A stretch of 64,000 nucleotides of DNA, taken from positions 135,284,001 to 135,348,000 of the forward strand of contig OZ024742.1 of assembly GCA_964016885.1 (NCBI GenBank). Reading direction: 5' to 3'. The DNA is from Eledone cirrhosa (taxonomy: Eukaryota). Below, one piece after another: positions 51,115-64,000 of this stretch (the first letter of the stretch is position 1; every line of letters begins with the position of its first letter). Below the pieces are notes generated by a model. It worked only from the letters and a program-made list of their open reading frames with translations. It ran no database searches and was not told where the DNA came from. A program made the position numbers and the translations under genes.

Positions 51115-51154
51115 CATATATATATACATATATATATATATAAATATATATATG

Positions 51155-51242
<88 letters not shown>

Positions 51243-51341
51243 CATACATATATATATTTATACATATATATACATATATATATATATACATATATATGTA
51301 TATACATATATATACATATATATATATACATATATATGTAA

Positions 51342-51372
<31 letters not shown>

Positions 51373-51402
51373 TATATACATATATATACATATATATACA
51401 TA

Positions 51403-51492
<90 letters not shown>

Positions 51493-51577
51493 TTATTTCT
51501 ATATATATATATACATATATATATATACATTTATATATATACACACATATTTATATATATTTATATGCATATATTAA

Positions 51578-51631
<54 letters not shown>

Positions 51632-51745
51632 GTGTGTGTATGTGTGTGTATGTGTGTGTGTGTATGTGTGTATGTGTATGTGTGTGTGCGTGTATGTATG
51701 TATATGTGTGTGTGCGTGTGTGTATGTATTCATGTGTGAATGTGT
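50930..51745. repeat. Long degenerate (TA)n/(CATA)n/(TG)n tract
   Basis: Read directly from the sequence. Confidence 0.97.
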
Positions 51746-52140
51746 GAGTGCGTGTGATCGTCTGTATTATTTGATTAGTGTAGGTTTTTCATCAATAGAC
51801 AACCATACAATCTCTACCCTAGACACAATGTCACTTTCCCTCATACAAAAATGCTAAGGAAAATACAAAGAATTTACACAAATGCTTATGTATTAAATGT
51901 AATAATATGTGTGGCTTTTTCTTCCTTTCTTTGTAATGATTTATACTTTCAAATATTCTACATTTTGTTGAACGTGTTGTTTAAGATTTCCCTTCGTTAT
52001 TTTCGCCCGGTTTTAGGTTCGATGGGAAGAGGTAGGGGCCGATACTATACCTAAGGCCTCGGTGATATATCCAAGATGTCGTTGATATATTATTTTTGTC
52101 TCATACAAACACACATACACTTGCGCATACTAACTTATTC

Positions 52141-52811
<671 letters not shown>

Positions 52812-54562
52812 TCTATCGAATTTTTTGATATTTTTCCTGCTCTCCAGCTACTTAGCCATTTTGATTTTTTTCAGTGAAACTCTCACTTTCATTTATTGTT
52901 TTTGGCTTTGTTGTTGAGCTGATTTTTATTGTTGTTTTCTTTCATTTCATATCATCGTTTCTTTCTTAAAAAGACAAGAAAAACTAAGAAATAAACGACT
53001 AACACAACCACGAAGATGACACTGAAACTGCTATTTGCCCTCTGGATAGAATCAATTAATTCACAAACGCACACATAAATACATAGAAGATATACACACA
53101 CACTCATATATAATTATATACGCACACACACATATGTGTGCGTGTGTGCGTGTGTATGTATGTCTGTGTGTGTGTGTGTTTAACTATACATTCATCTAGA
53201 CATATATAGAAGGAGAGAAATGAATACAATGATAGATAGTTATATATATATATGTATACGCACACATATATATTATTTTGTTTGACCTGTTTAGCCTGAT
53301 TTGTTTTTTGGCTTAGGTGGTTAATGCCTTCTTAACCACTTTTTCAGTTTGTGTGGCGTTTTAACATATTGTTTAGCTCTGTTTTTTTAACTATTGAGCG
53401 CTTGGCAGCATTTCTACGATTTTGCGTTTCGTTTCGCTTTTTCTACCTGCCGAAATACGATTCTCGTTGAATTATATATATATATATATATATGTATGTA
53501 TATATGTATATATAGAGAGAGAGAGAAAGAGGGGGCAGGAGAGAGAGAAAGAGAGAGAAGGGGGAGAGAAATAGAGAGAGAGAGAGAGACGAAGAAGATA
53601 TGCCTTTCCGAGCACTTTTGATTTTTAAAACCAAATGAAATAACGTTCTCTATATTTCAATATTTAATACAAAGTCCATATATGCATGGTATTTTTTTTG
53701 TTCCGAATTCATGATTGAACATCTACCTAAGTAAAGCATTCTATTAGATTGAGGTAAATAAGTTTCGAAGAAACTCAGATATATTATTCAATTGTAGACT
53801 CAGTAAAAAGTATTTACATTACAATTATCTCTCCTTAGAGACCAAACCAAAACAAAACTAAACTTGCCAATTTTATATTATCCCCAGTGGTGTATGCTGT
53901 TTCCCTCCTATTATTTTGGTAAGTTGCCTATTTTTTACCATGGTACAACTTCTTCCCTAACATGTGACTATTGTCGCGTTCTTTCGTCGTGGTGCCTCCC
54001 ACACAATATCCCCGTGTTTCGTTTTGTTTGACACCGTCTCAGGGTCTACCCTGATATATTCGTCATGTATTGTACATTTAATTCTATTGGATTTGTTTTC
54101 ATCGTATTACTCCAAGGACAGCGATTGATTATTTTGTAAGACAGGGTGATCTCTATTAGACCAGCAGTAACGATAAATGTGGCCAGGACAAAGGGTGTAT
54201 CAGATCTCATATGAGTGCCCCGTTGTTGTTTTGTCGGACGTTAAAATAAACCAGCCAATGAACGATCAGTTTCCTCATTAGACATCAAGTTACATATCCG
54301 GTTTTAATGTAGAATAATATACCAGCAAACTTATTCAGTAAACATCACCTTCGCCGATCTTTGGAATGGCTTGGAAATACGAGGTAGGCTTGAAATGTCA
54401 TAACTGAGATAAATGTCCAAGCTAAATCAACTGATTGGGTTGTTCGGATCCTCATACGTCGAAATCAAAGTGCGAGGCCATCACAACACATACATATGCA
54501 TGCGCGCACATACATACATGTGTGTATACATGTGTGTGTATATATATATATCAATTAAATTT

Positions 54563-54779
54563 GTCGATCGACTTTCGTCAAATCAGACCGAGGAAACGAT
54601 GTTTCCGTTGGTCTTTCCAATTGCTAATGCTATCTATCGTTCGCAACTCCAGGTAGAAGGAGCAACGTGAAATAAAGTGTCTTGCAAAAGGACATAACAC
54701 ATCGCCCGGAGCAGGAATCTAATCGATAACCTCACGATTGCGAATCCAGTTCTCTAACCAATCAGCCACACGTCTTCAC
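54563..54779 (-). mobile_element. tRNA-derived SINE, second family
   Basis: Minus-strand head gtgtggctgattggttagagaactggattcgcaatcgtgagg..., then a gtcc...gcaagacactttatttcacgttgctcc domain. A second copy is at 60570-60752. Confidence 0.82.
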
Positions 54780-55102
54780 TCCAATATATATATATATAAA
54801 TATATATATGTGTGTGTGTGTGTGTGTGTATCTATGTGTGCGTGTATGTGTGCGTCTGTGTGTGTAAAAGGTAGACAAATATAACAAAAATAAGAAAACA
54901 AACGGCACATTACATGGAAGAAATGTATTAGTTTCACGCTTGAAATAATACGAAGAGAGTCTTAACGTTTCGGACACTAATCGTGCAATAGAAGATGCGA
55001 TGGGGTTAGAAATATATATTTATATATATGAATGTATGTGTATTAATGTGATGGATTGGCAGAGTCCTGGCTCAAGAGCTCGTGGCTGGGCGCCTGGCAT
55101 CT

Positions 55103-55135
55103 GGAATGATGAGGAAACCTTACGCGTTGGTCACC
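55103..55135 (+). ncRNA. Relic minimal (stem-II-less) hammerhead motif
   Basis: gga-ATGATGA-G-GAAA-cc-ttacgcgtt-gg-TC-acc. C3 is mutated, stem III is near-palindromic, and it lies in a short unique insert next to (TA)n. Confidence 0.45.
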
Positions 55136-55221
55136 TAATCATGCTGAAACCATCTTTCCAAGGACACAGAGTTCTAACAATTTCATCGGCCCCACCACAA
55201 GAAGGTGGAAATATATATATA

Positions 55222-55282
<61 letters not shown>

Positions 55283-55286
55283 GGCA

Positions 55287-55359
<73 letters not shown>

Positions 55360-55756
55360 CATATATTCATATAGACTCATATAAACACGCATATATGTGA
55401 GTGTGTGGGTTTACTAGTAAGTATATAGTGTATATAGTGTATATAGTGTATATAGTGTATATATATAGTGTGTGCAACATTATATGTTGGTATGCATAAT
55501 TGTGTATATGCCGGTATGTATGTATATCCGTATATCAGCATGCCATGTATAGAATCTCGAATGTTCCTGTATATTTACATACATTTATATTATTAGGTGT
55601 TGTTAACATCATCATCGTTATCATCATTAAATTTGCCCAACGATGATACCTACATTTAACAGTAGCCATGTGCAATTATCCGCCTGTTAATATATAATAA
55701 CCGGATATTTCTTTATATACACTTCCCATATCCCCTTTACACACAAACACACAAAC

Positions 55757-55810
<54 letters not shown>

Positions 55811-55814
55811 ATGT

Positions 55815-55974
55815 GTGTGTGTGTGTTTAGTTTTATGCATAGGATATATATATATATATATATATTAATATGTATATATATATATATTAATATATATACA
55901 TATATATATAATAATATATACATATGTATATATATATATATATATATCCTATGCATAAAACTAAAAACACACAC
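55815..55974. repeat. Inverted repeat centred on a (TA)n tract
   Basis: gtgtgtttagttttatgcataggatata...(TA)n...tatatcctatgcataaaactaaaaacacac. Confidence 0.9.
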
Positions 55975-55982
55975 AAACGCAC

Positions 55983-56030
<48 letters not shown>

Positions 56031-56466
56031 ATTAACTGAATTTAAGTGCACAAATATTACCGCCCTTCCCTATCAACAACCAACCCTCTCATCGGATTTT
56101 TATCCTACGTTCTTAAAAGACTACCTCACCAACCTACTTCTACCCACCCAATAACTCATTCTGTTTTATTTTTCATTTCGTTGTTTTTATTGGTATTGTT
56201 GCCATTTTTGTTATTCCTTTGTTGTTGTTGATTTTTTTTGTGTTTTTTTTTCTTACCACCAAACAGAGAATTTGAAAACAAAGAACAGCAAGGAGAAGGG
56301 GGAGGACCACGGCGCAATGAACGGAGACAAAAAGAGGACACAATCGTTTGGTATTGTTTATTGTTCTTGTTATTATTATTCCTATTTTCATTGTTACTAT
56401 TCTCAATGTTATGGTTATTATCATTGTCATCGTGGCCATAGTCATCATAATCGTCGCCTTTCCTCC

Positions 56467-56498
<32 letters not shown>

Positions 56499-56861
56499 TT
56501 GCTGCTGTTGTTGTCAACGTCAACGTCGGAGTTATTGGAAGTTTCCATTTTATTGCCATTGACAAACACGTGTCATCTTCTATATCCATCCGTCCAGTCA
56601 GACAGTTAGCCAGCCAAACCCACAATACTAAACACCCTTCCCACCTCACCGTCTCTTGCTCAGTCTTAAATATTTACTCTTTATTGTTTACGTTTTACTT
56701 TTTAACATTTCTGTTTAGTTTATTTTGTTTCTTTCGTCTTTTCTTACTTTTTGCTACTAATTTCAAAATGGCTACAGGGCCAAAGTTTACGAGATTGCAA
56801 TTCTTGTCCGTATCTGAAAGTGAGGAGTGGCTATAAAATGGAAGTAAACAGAACAGAAATA

Positions 56862-57045
56862 ATAATATCGTTTCTACATTTGGCACAAGGCCAGCAATTA
56901 TCCCAGTGCATTACAGGTACTTTATTTTATCGACCCCGTAAGGATGAAAGGCAAACCTAACCTCAGCGGGATTTGAACTCAGAACGGAAAGGGCCGTAAC
57001 TCTCTGCCACTAAACATGTTGTCTGACGCTCCACCGATACTACCA
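56862..57045 (-). mobile_element. tRNA-derived SINE (same family as 38709), minus strand
   Basis: Reverse complement of the family: cccagtgcattac...ttttatcgaccccgtaaggatgaaaggcaaa...gggatttgaactcag...accgatac. Confidence 0.88.
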
Positions 57046-57673
57046 TAATGACAATAACAACAACAACAATAACAACATCAACGACGACAACGATGATGAT
57101 AATGATGATGTTGGTGATGATGAGGGTGAAGTTGAGTGTGAAGATGATAAACACGACGCTACTGATGATTCTATGATGATGATGATGATGGCCATGACGA
57201 GGATGCTTATGATAATGATGATGCTGCTTCTATGGCTGATGATGATGACGATGAAAATAGTTATAATTATGCTGTTGGTGATTACAAAAAAAACTAAAAT
57301 AAAATCATCAACAATAACAAAAGTAATATTGGAAAGCAAGTAAAGTAAACAAATTAGGTGGTGTATACGTGGGGTCTATAACTGCTTCAACACAAATTGG
57401 AATGTATATGAGTTTCAGTTAAAGTGTCACAATGATAGAAGTGAAAAATGTCATACGAAAAAAATACTGGTAAAAGTATGGTGATTATGAGAAACAGACA
57501 ACCTATGTACTGCAGAATAACGAAAAGGCTAAGAGCATAAAAAATGCATATTTTCACACATATACATCTCCACACGTGAGCGCTCAAGCACGTTTATACA
57601 TAACTGTATGCACGCGCATACGTGCACCCTCACACGTGAATATACACACATATATGTAAATACATACACAGAA

Positions 57674-57706
<33 letters not shown>

Positions 57707-57789
57707 ATATATATATAATATATATATGATATATATATATGATATATATATACACAATTAATATATATATATATACATATATATATATC

Positions 57790-57822
<33 letters not shown>

Positions 57823-57830
57823 GTATATTT

Positions 57831-58291
<461 letters not shown>

Positions 58292-58717
58292 GTACCAATA
58301 GGGACAGTTTCCATGACTGTACAAAGTTCATTTTGTACATATTTGGTTCTCTGTTTTATTCCATTATTGTGAGCAAGAGCTTTCTAACGTATTTTCGTCC
58401 CGCGCTAATGCTTGTGAGTGAAATTGCATATAGAGAAATTCTGCAAAGCTGCATCTATTAACTTCATATTCATTCTTTGTTTTAGACTTGGCCGTTAGTA
58501 GAATTTATACTATTGCAAGTGCTTTCAAGCTAACCATGCGAAATGTGTGTAGCCATATATTTTGATATCCTTGCGTGTTACTGTAATAAAAGATGTGATA
58601 TATTTTCTACCACCTTTGTTTACTCGTTTCACCAGACGCCTAGGCGCTGAAAAATGTCATATTAAGACGGCATAATAATAAAGTGCATTGTAGGCAATAT
58701 ATGCTCATTATTTCAAA

Positions 58718-58990
58718 GGGCGGTGAATTGGCAGTATCGGTAGAGGGTTGGACGCCATGCTTTGAGGCATAGAGTTACAGCGCTTGCCATTCTGAGTTCA
58801 AATCGCGCCGAGATTAACTTTGAGTGTTATCCTTACGGGTTCGATAAAATAAAGTACCAGTAATGCACTGGGTAATTGCTGGCCTTGTGCGAAAAGTAGA
58901 ACACAATTATTTCATAGGGCCGATAAAATAAAGCACCAATAATACACTGGGATAATTGCTGGCCTTGTGCCAAATGTAAAAACAATTATA
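58718..58990 (+). mobile_element. tRNA-derived SINE (same family as 38709) with a duplicated 3' segment
   Basis: Full head gggcggtgaattggcagtatcggtagag...; the segment cgataaaataaa...ctggccttgtgc...acaattat occurs twice. Confidence 0.9.
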
Positions 58991-59662
58991 TAATAGGGAC
59001 TGGCACAATATCAGAAATTATCCAAATATGTTCCGAGGTAAATAGATTGAGGAAGAAATAGAAGAGCCATATTAAGAGAAAGACAAACACAGGCTTATAA
59101 ATAGAAAAGAAGTTGCTGGCCGCCAGTGAAGTAGTGTTATAATTTGAAGGTAGGTAGTTACATGCATGCATAGATTAATGAGAAATCATGAAGAGAGTAG
59201 ATGACTATATATGTATGAGTGTTTGTGTGGGAATTTATGAGGAGCACTTAATAGTTTCAAAAGCATCATGAACCGTCTCCCGCTTAAACACCTCCAGCTA
59301 AACGTTGGGCACTTTTAGCGTAGTTCATTTATTGCCAGAATTTGCACTAAGCCTCCAGACTAAGGAGAAAGTGTTCCAGGGCGTGAATGGGTTGATGTCC
59401 TACGCTTTTCCTCCACTGAATACATCAGAAAAACGTAATTATCATCAAAATCCATTGGTTGTTTCGTCACAAATATTCAAACAATGGTGCATGTTTTTCC
59501 CCTTACACTTAATACTGCAGCACTTCTCTTAATAAGGGGCACAATGTAGTTAAGTAAAAAGGCCCAATTATCAGCACACGTCGTGGTATCATTTGTCACA
59601 AACTCAATTGAAATAGATTTAAGATACTTCAATTCTAATATTCCATTATTTCAATCCCGTAA

Positions 59663-59860
59663 GGGCTGTGAATTGGCAAAATCATCAGAAGGGCCAACAA
59701 ATTACTACGTGGCCATTTAGTCTCGGCCATTTACTTTCTCAGTACAAATCCTGCCGAGTTTCACTTTGCCTTTCATCTTTCTGGGATCGAAGCAGTCAGA
59801 ATGCAGTGAATCTGATCGACCTTCTCCTCCCCAAATATTACAGGCATTGTGCCTAACTTC
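59663..59860 (+). mobile_element. Diverged SINE copy
   Basis: gggctgtgaattggcaaaatc...caaatcctgccgag...ctttgcctttcatctttctgggatcga. Confidence 0.7.
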
Positions 59861-59979
59861 GACGCCATTATTTTTGTCATTTAATTGTTTTATACTATAA
59901 TAAATTACTAAAGTTTAAATCTCATTAAGGTTTGAGACCTTTCATTTTTAATCATTCGAAAACAAATATGTATTTTAGC

Positions 59980-60160
59980 TCAGTATCGGTAGAGGGTCGG
60001 ACGCCATGCTCTCCAGCATAGAGTTACGCCCCTTTATGGTCTGAGTTCAAATCCCGCCGAAGTTAACTTTGCCTTTCATCCTTACGGGTCGATAAAATAA
60101 AGTACCAGTAATGCACTGGGATAATTGCTGGCCTTATGCCTATAGTAGAAACAATTATTG
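59980..60160 (+). mobile_element. tRNA-derived SINE (same family as 38709)
   Basis: cagtatcggtagagggtcggacgccatgc...gagttcaaatcccgccga...tttgcctttcatccttacgggtcgataaaataaagtaccag. Confidence 0.9.
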
Positions 60161-60469
60161 CAAAAAGCATTTTCGTAATACTATATAACAAGGATCCTAG
60201 AAACATATATTTGTTTTCCTTTTTATATATTTCCTGACTTTAGACGTTCAAACATGTAGCACCACTGTTTCTTGCAGCAAATATATTATCCGTAGGATTA
60301 CAACCATGCCGGGTATTGCTGCCATAGGTCTTAGTTGATCATGACCCCTGTAACAACATCATTTCTTGTCTCAACATGGAAATTGTTTTATCGGTTTCTA
60401 TTTGTGTTCAACTGGTATATTTTGTTCGGAAACTAACGTAGCTTGATATATTCCTTTACGCCGACATAC

Positions 60470-60568
<99 letters not shown>

Positions 60569-60569
60569 C

Positions 60570-60752
60570 AGTCGATCAACTTTCGTCAAATCGGAGCGAG
60601 GAAACAATGTTTCCATTGGTCTTTCCAATTGCTAATAATTTATATCGGTCGTAACTCCAGGTAGAAGGAGCAAAGTGAAATAAATTGTCTTGCCCAAGGA
60701 CATAACGCATCGACCGGTCCAGCAATGGAACTCACAACGCGATTGAGCGTCA
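60570..60752 (-). mobile_element. SINE, second family (paralog of 54563-54779)
   Basis: gtcgatcaactttcgtcaaatcgg...gaggaaac...caggtagaaggagcaa aligns by eye with the 54563 copy. Confidence 0.82.
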
Positions 60753-63187
60753 ATATCTCTTACCATTATATAAGATATAAATATATATACATATCCTCCC
60801 ATATATATATGTGTATGTGCGCGCGCACGCATGTGTGTGTGTGCGTATGTGGGGGTTTGTATGTGTCTGTGTTTGTGCGTACAAGCATACGGCGGGCTTC
60901 AGCACAAGTGTGATCAACCGTTAGACTGAGAACGAGAGATATAAAGAGGAAGGTGTGAAGGAAAACATGATGTGATGTTGGTTAACAGCAGTCAGCTGAA
61001 ATTGTACCAACTTGTTATAAAGTCTACAAATGCCGTGGCAGTCCCATTATACACTGCGATAATATACATCATATTACTTGACAAAGGTATGGTGTGATGT
61101 TAGCGTGATTCGCTCCCTACTTTCGTCGAGCGACTGCTTAGATGCGATCTTCTTTGCTCTTTATAGTTAATGCAGATATTCTATCTATGAAAAGGGTTAC
61201 AGATTAATTGGGATATGGATAGAGTACAGAAAATACGTGTGGATGGAGTGAGCAAATAATGTGTTAAGGAGAAGAAAAAAAGCTTATGGGGACAGCAACA
61301 TTGAGAAGTTACTTCAAATTAAGTGAAACAGAGGAAAAGGTGGTGAGAGAGTGAATGAGAGAAAATTGATATAAAAAGATTAATGAAGACTGAGAAAGAA
61401 CGTTAAGGGAGAGGTATTGGGAATGTAAGAGAAATGACATTATTGGAGAAAAGGAAACACACGAAGGGAATAAGAGACATTGCGAGAGCAAAATCAAGGA
61501 AAGGCAGGTATGTAAAGAGAGTGTGAGAAAAAATGAAGGCCGGGGGAAGAGAAAGAAATCGAAAGAAAAACAGAAAGAGTGAGGAAAGGAAATATTGTGT
61601 GTTAATAAAAATAGATGCGGAGTGGGTATTAGGAGAAGTACCAAAATTATTAAGCAATTCTAGAAACAAGGAACGCTGGGAACAAATTAGATTTCCCAAG
61701 ACGTAAAACTGATCAGTCAGCAAACTTCATTCTATAAGAATCGTTCTTACATTGTTTTCTTTCTTTTTATCTTAGTACTTTTTTCTTCTGTTTTTCATTT
61801 ACACCATTTTCTTCTCTTTCAATCATATTTCCTTATATATGATTTTCCCCTTTCTATTTATTTATTAATCTCATTTCCTCAATTTTATTCCTACTTTATG
61901 TTTTCCTTTCTGCATTTCATGACTTTTCTCAGTTTCTTTCAATCTTGTTTACTCTTTCTTCATATTTTTCTCCCTCATTCCTATTTCTATCCAGCTTTAT
62001 CATTCTTTCTCATTTTAATTTCATGATATATTTATACCTGCTTTGTCTCCATTTCTTTCGTAATAACTTTTATCCTTATTTTTTATGTTCTCTCCTTAAT
62101 TTCGCTCTTTTCTTTTCCTCATTATTCTCTTACGTAACGTGTTACCTAAATTCTATCATTCCTATTTTTATTTATTTCATCCCTTCTACAAATATTACTT
62201 TCATTGTGCATGAATATTTGGTCTTCATTCACATACGTCATATATTTTTTAAAATCTTTTTTTATTGTTTTCTTTATTTTTGCTCAGTCACCCACTTCTC
62301 ATTATAAGCACTCTCTGAACCATAATTGATATTAAAAATATCGATAAGCTAGGTGACGGCTAATATTGTTTATTGCCATTCCCCATACAGCTAATAACGG
62401 GCTCGCACATAGAGATATACGCACACCCACACGCCTACACACAAACATACACACCCGTACACATATATATTTGTGTGTGCATACAAAAATGCATACAAAA
62501 GTGTATTTATATAAATATATATATATATATATATAAACATATCAGCTTTTTGTATGTCATTATAGAAAGAAATGACTTCGTCGAAGGAAGAACGGCAAAT
62601 GCCCATAAAGTACTGCAGCAGGCATTCCAAGTGGTCGGAACAAAAGAGAAGAAACTATGATGCAAGGATTGTTCTCAGTGTCAAAACCTGTTCTGAATTA
62701 TTGCAACCAAGCGCATTTATATATATAGTATTTTACGCACGCATCTATATATATGTATATATGTGTGTATGTATATGGTTTGGCTACATGTACAGATATG
62801 AGTAGTTTGTCGTTACATATACCTAGTATAACAAACTCGTACATATAAGTAGCCTAAATAGAATAAATGCTGATATCCCTTAGATAATTTTATCCATTAC
62901 CTGCTACCATAGAAATTAACGCCCATAAGGTTTTATACTGAGGTTCAATTTGATTATAATATCAGTAAATACTATTCTATTTGCATTGACGACAGACATA
63001 GATTATATTGATACCAGAATAGGAGTGATCCTAATACCCAACATATTGACCATTAAGATAAGTACCGTAAAATAATTCTGGCAATTCCAACCTTCCATAA
63101 CCCTAGAAAAAACTTTGTTTTGGTACGCAAATGCACTTTTTAATACATTGTATATAATTGATCATGACGATATCTCTATGAGGGTAT

Positions 63188-63387
63188 TATTTATTTGGTT
63201 CCTTTACCGGTTTCGCAGTTCTTGTGCTTTTCAATGCAAGAATTGAGATGGATGGTTTGTGGTTTTTCTCGCATCTTTTTTAAAAAGGCTCCAGTGGCAT
63301 TTTCGATTTCAACTTTTTTCCTTATACTTTCACTCGTGTAGGACAACTCGTTTTTTTTCTCATTTTGTAAAAAAAACATCCTTTTCT

Positions 63388-63388
<1 letters not shown>
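63188..63388. mobile_element. Element D copy 2: same family as 57911-58190, with the hammerhead segment inverted
   Basis: 63188-63270 is the reverse complement of ~57988-58070 (UUGAAAA-gca-caagaac-ugc-GAAA-ccgg-UA on minus, 63201-63238). 63275-63388 is a direct match to ~58080-58190. Ends in (TA)n. Confidence 0.8.
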
Positions 63389-63418
<30 letters not shown>

Positions 63419-64000
63419 TTACATTAATTAAAACGAACTCGACTTAACCCCGCTGTGCGGTTTCACACAATGGCAACATACGGGGCCTTCCAAAGACGAA
63501 GGCAGTAGAATTACATCATTAGAAAAAAAAATCACGCTACTAGCGGTAAATTCAAGTGGTTTGAAAGTGCGTTGAATATCTCAACCAAGGTAGTTATGTA
63601 AATAACAAAAACAGAAGTGCATAATACGTAGAAATCAAACGATTATAAAAGAAATAGTGTTCAACTTCCGATTAAAGGCACATCTGTTACTTATAGATAA
63701 CGTTATTTATAATGAGCTAGCCAATTAGATTTCGTCTAGCTTCGCCGCAATCCTCACACTTAATGCATTTACAAAAAATCGTATACTGTAAATACGAATT
63801 TGCAAATCCCAAATTGTGAAAACAATACGTTACATAGTGAATAAACATGATTAGTGTAGGAACACACAAAACTGACTGTACTAGTTTACATGGTATCGGT
63901 AGCAGGCAGAATCCTGATCTTACTATGTATATAGGAAGAGGCTATGTAGCCGGTCCCGTTAAACTAGACTCCCAGGCTATTTAACTGGTAAAAGTGTTAG

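Overview
Animal genomic DNA, most likely a cephalopod such as Octopus (inferred from the SINE family and the very high microsatellite density). No intact protein-coding gene is supportable. Positions 1-~25547 are a G/T-rich 52-bp satellite array (~490 units) with kilobase-scale block duplications. The rest is AT-rich and packed with microsatellites, tRNA-derived SINEs, decayed LINEs (two L1/Tx1-like, one RTE-like, one R4/Dong-like) and one internally deleted mariner with ~103-bp TIRs. The main signal is a group of sequence-unrelated, non-coding elements in (TA)n-rich DNA that share one architecture: direct repeats and/or a 5' inverted copy, carrying hammerhead ribozyme motifs (27958-29090, 30664-32073, 40955-41827, 57911-58190, 63188-63388, plus a relic at 55103). 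They resemble non-autonomous Penelope-like (PLE) or retrozyme elements and predict 417-nt and 545-nt self-cleaved monomers. A candidate CCAAT/YY1 promoter and splice donor at ~33.0-33.2 kb point leftward on the ribozyme-sense strand. All folds and alignments were done by eye.
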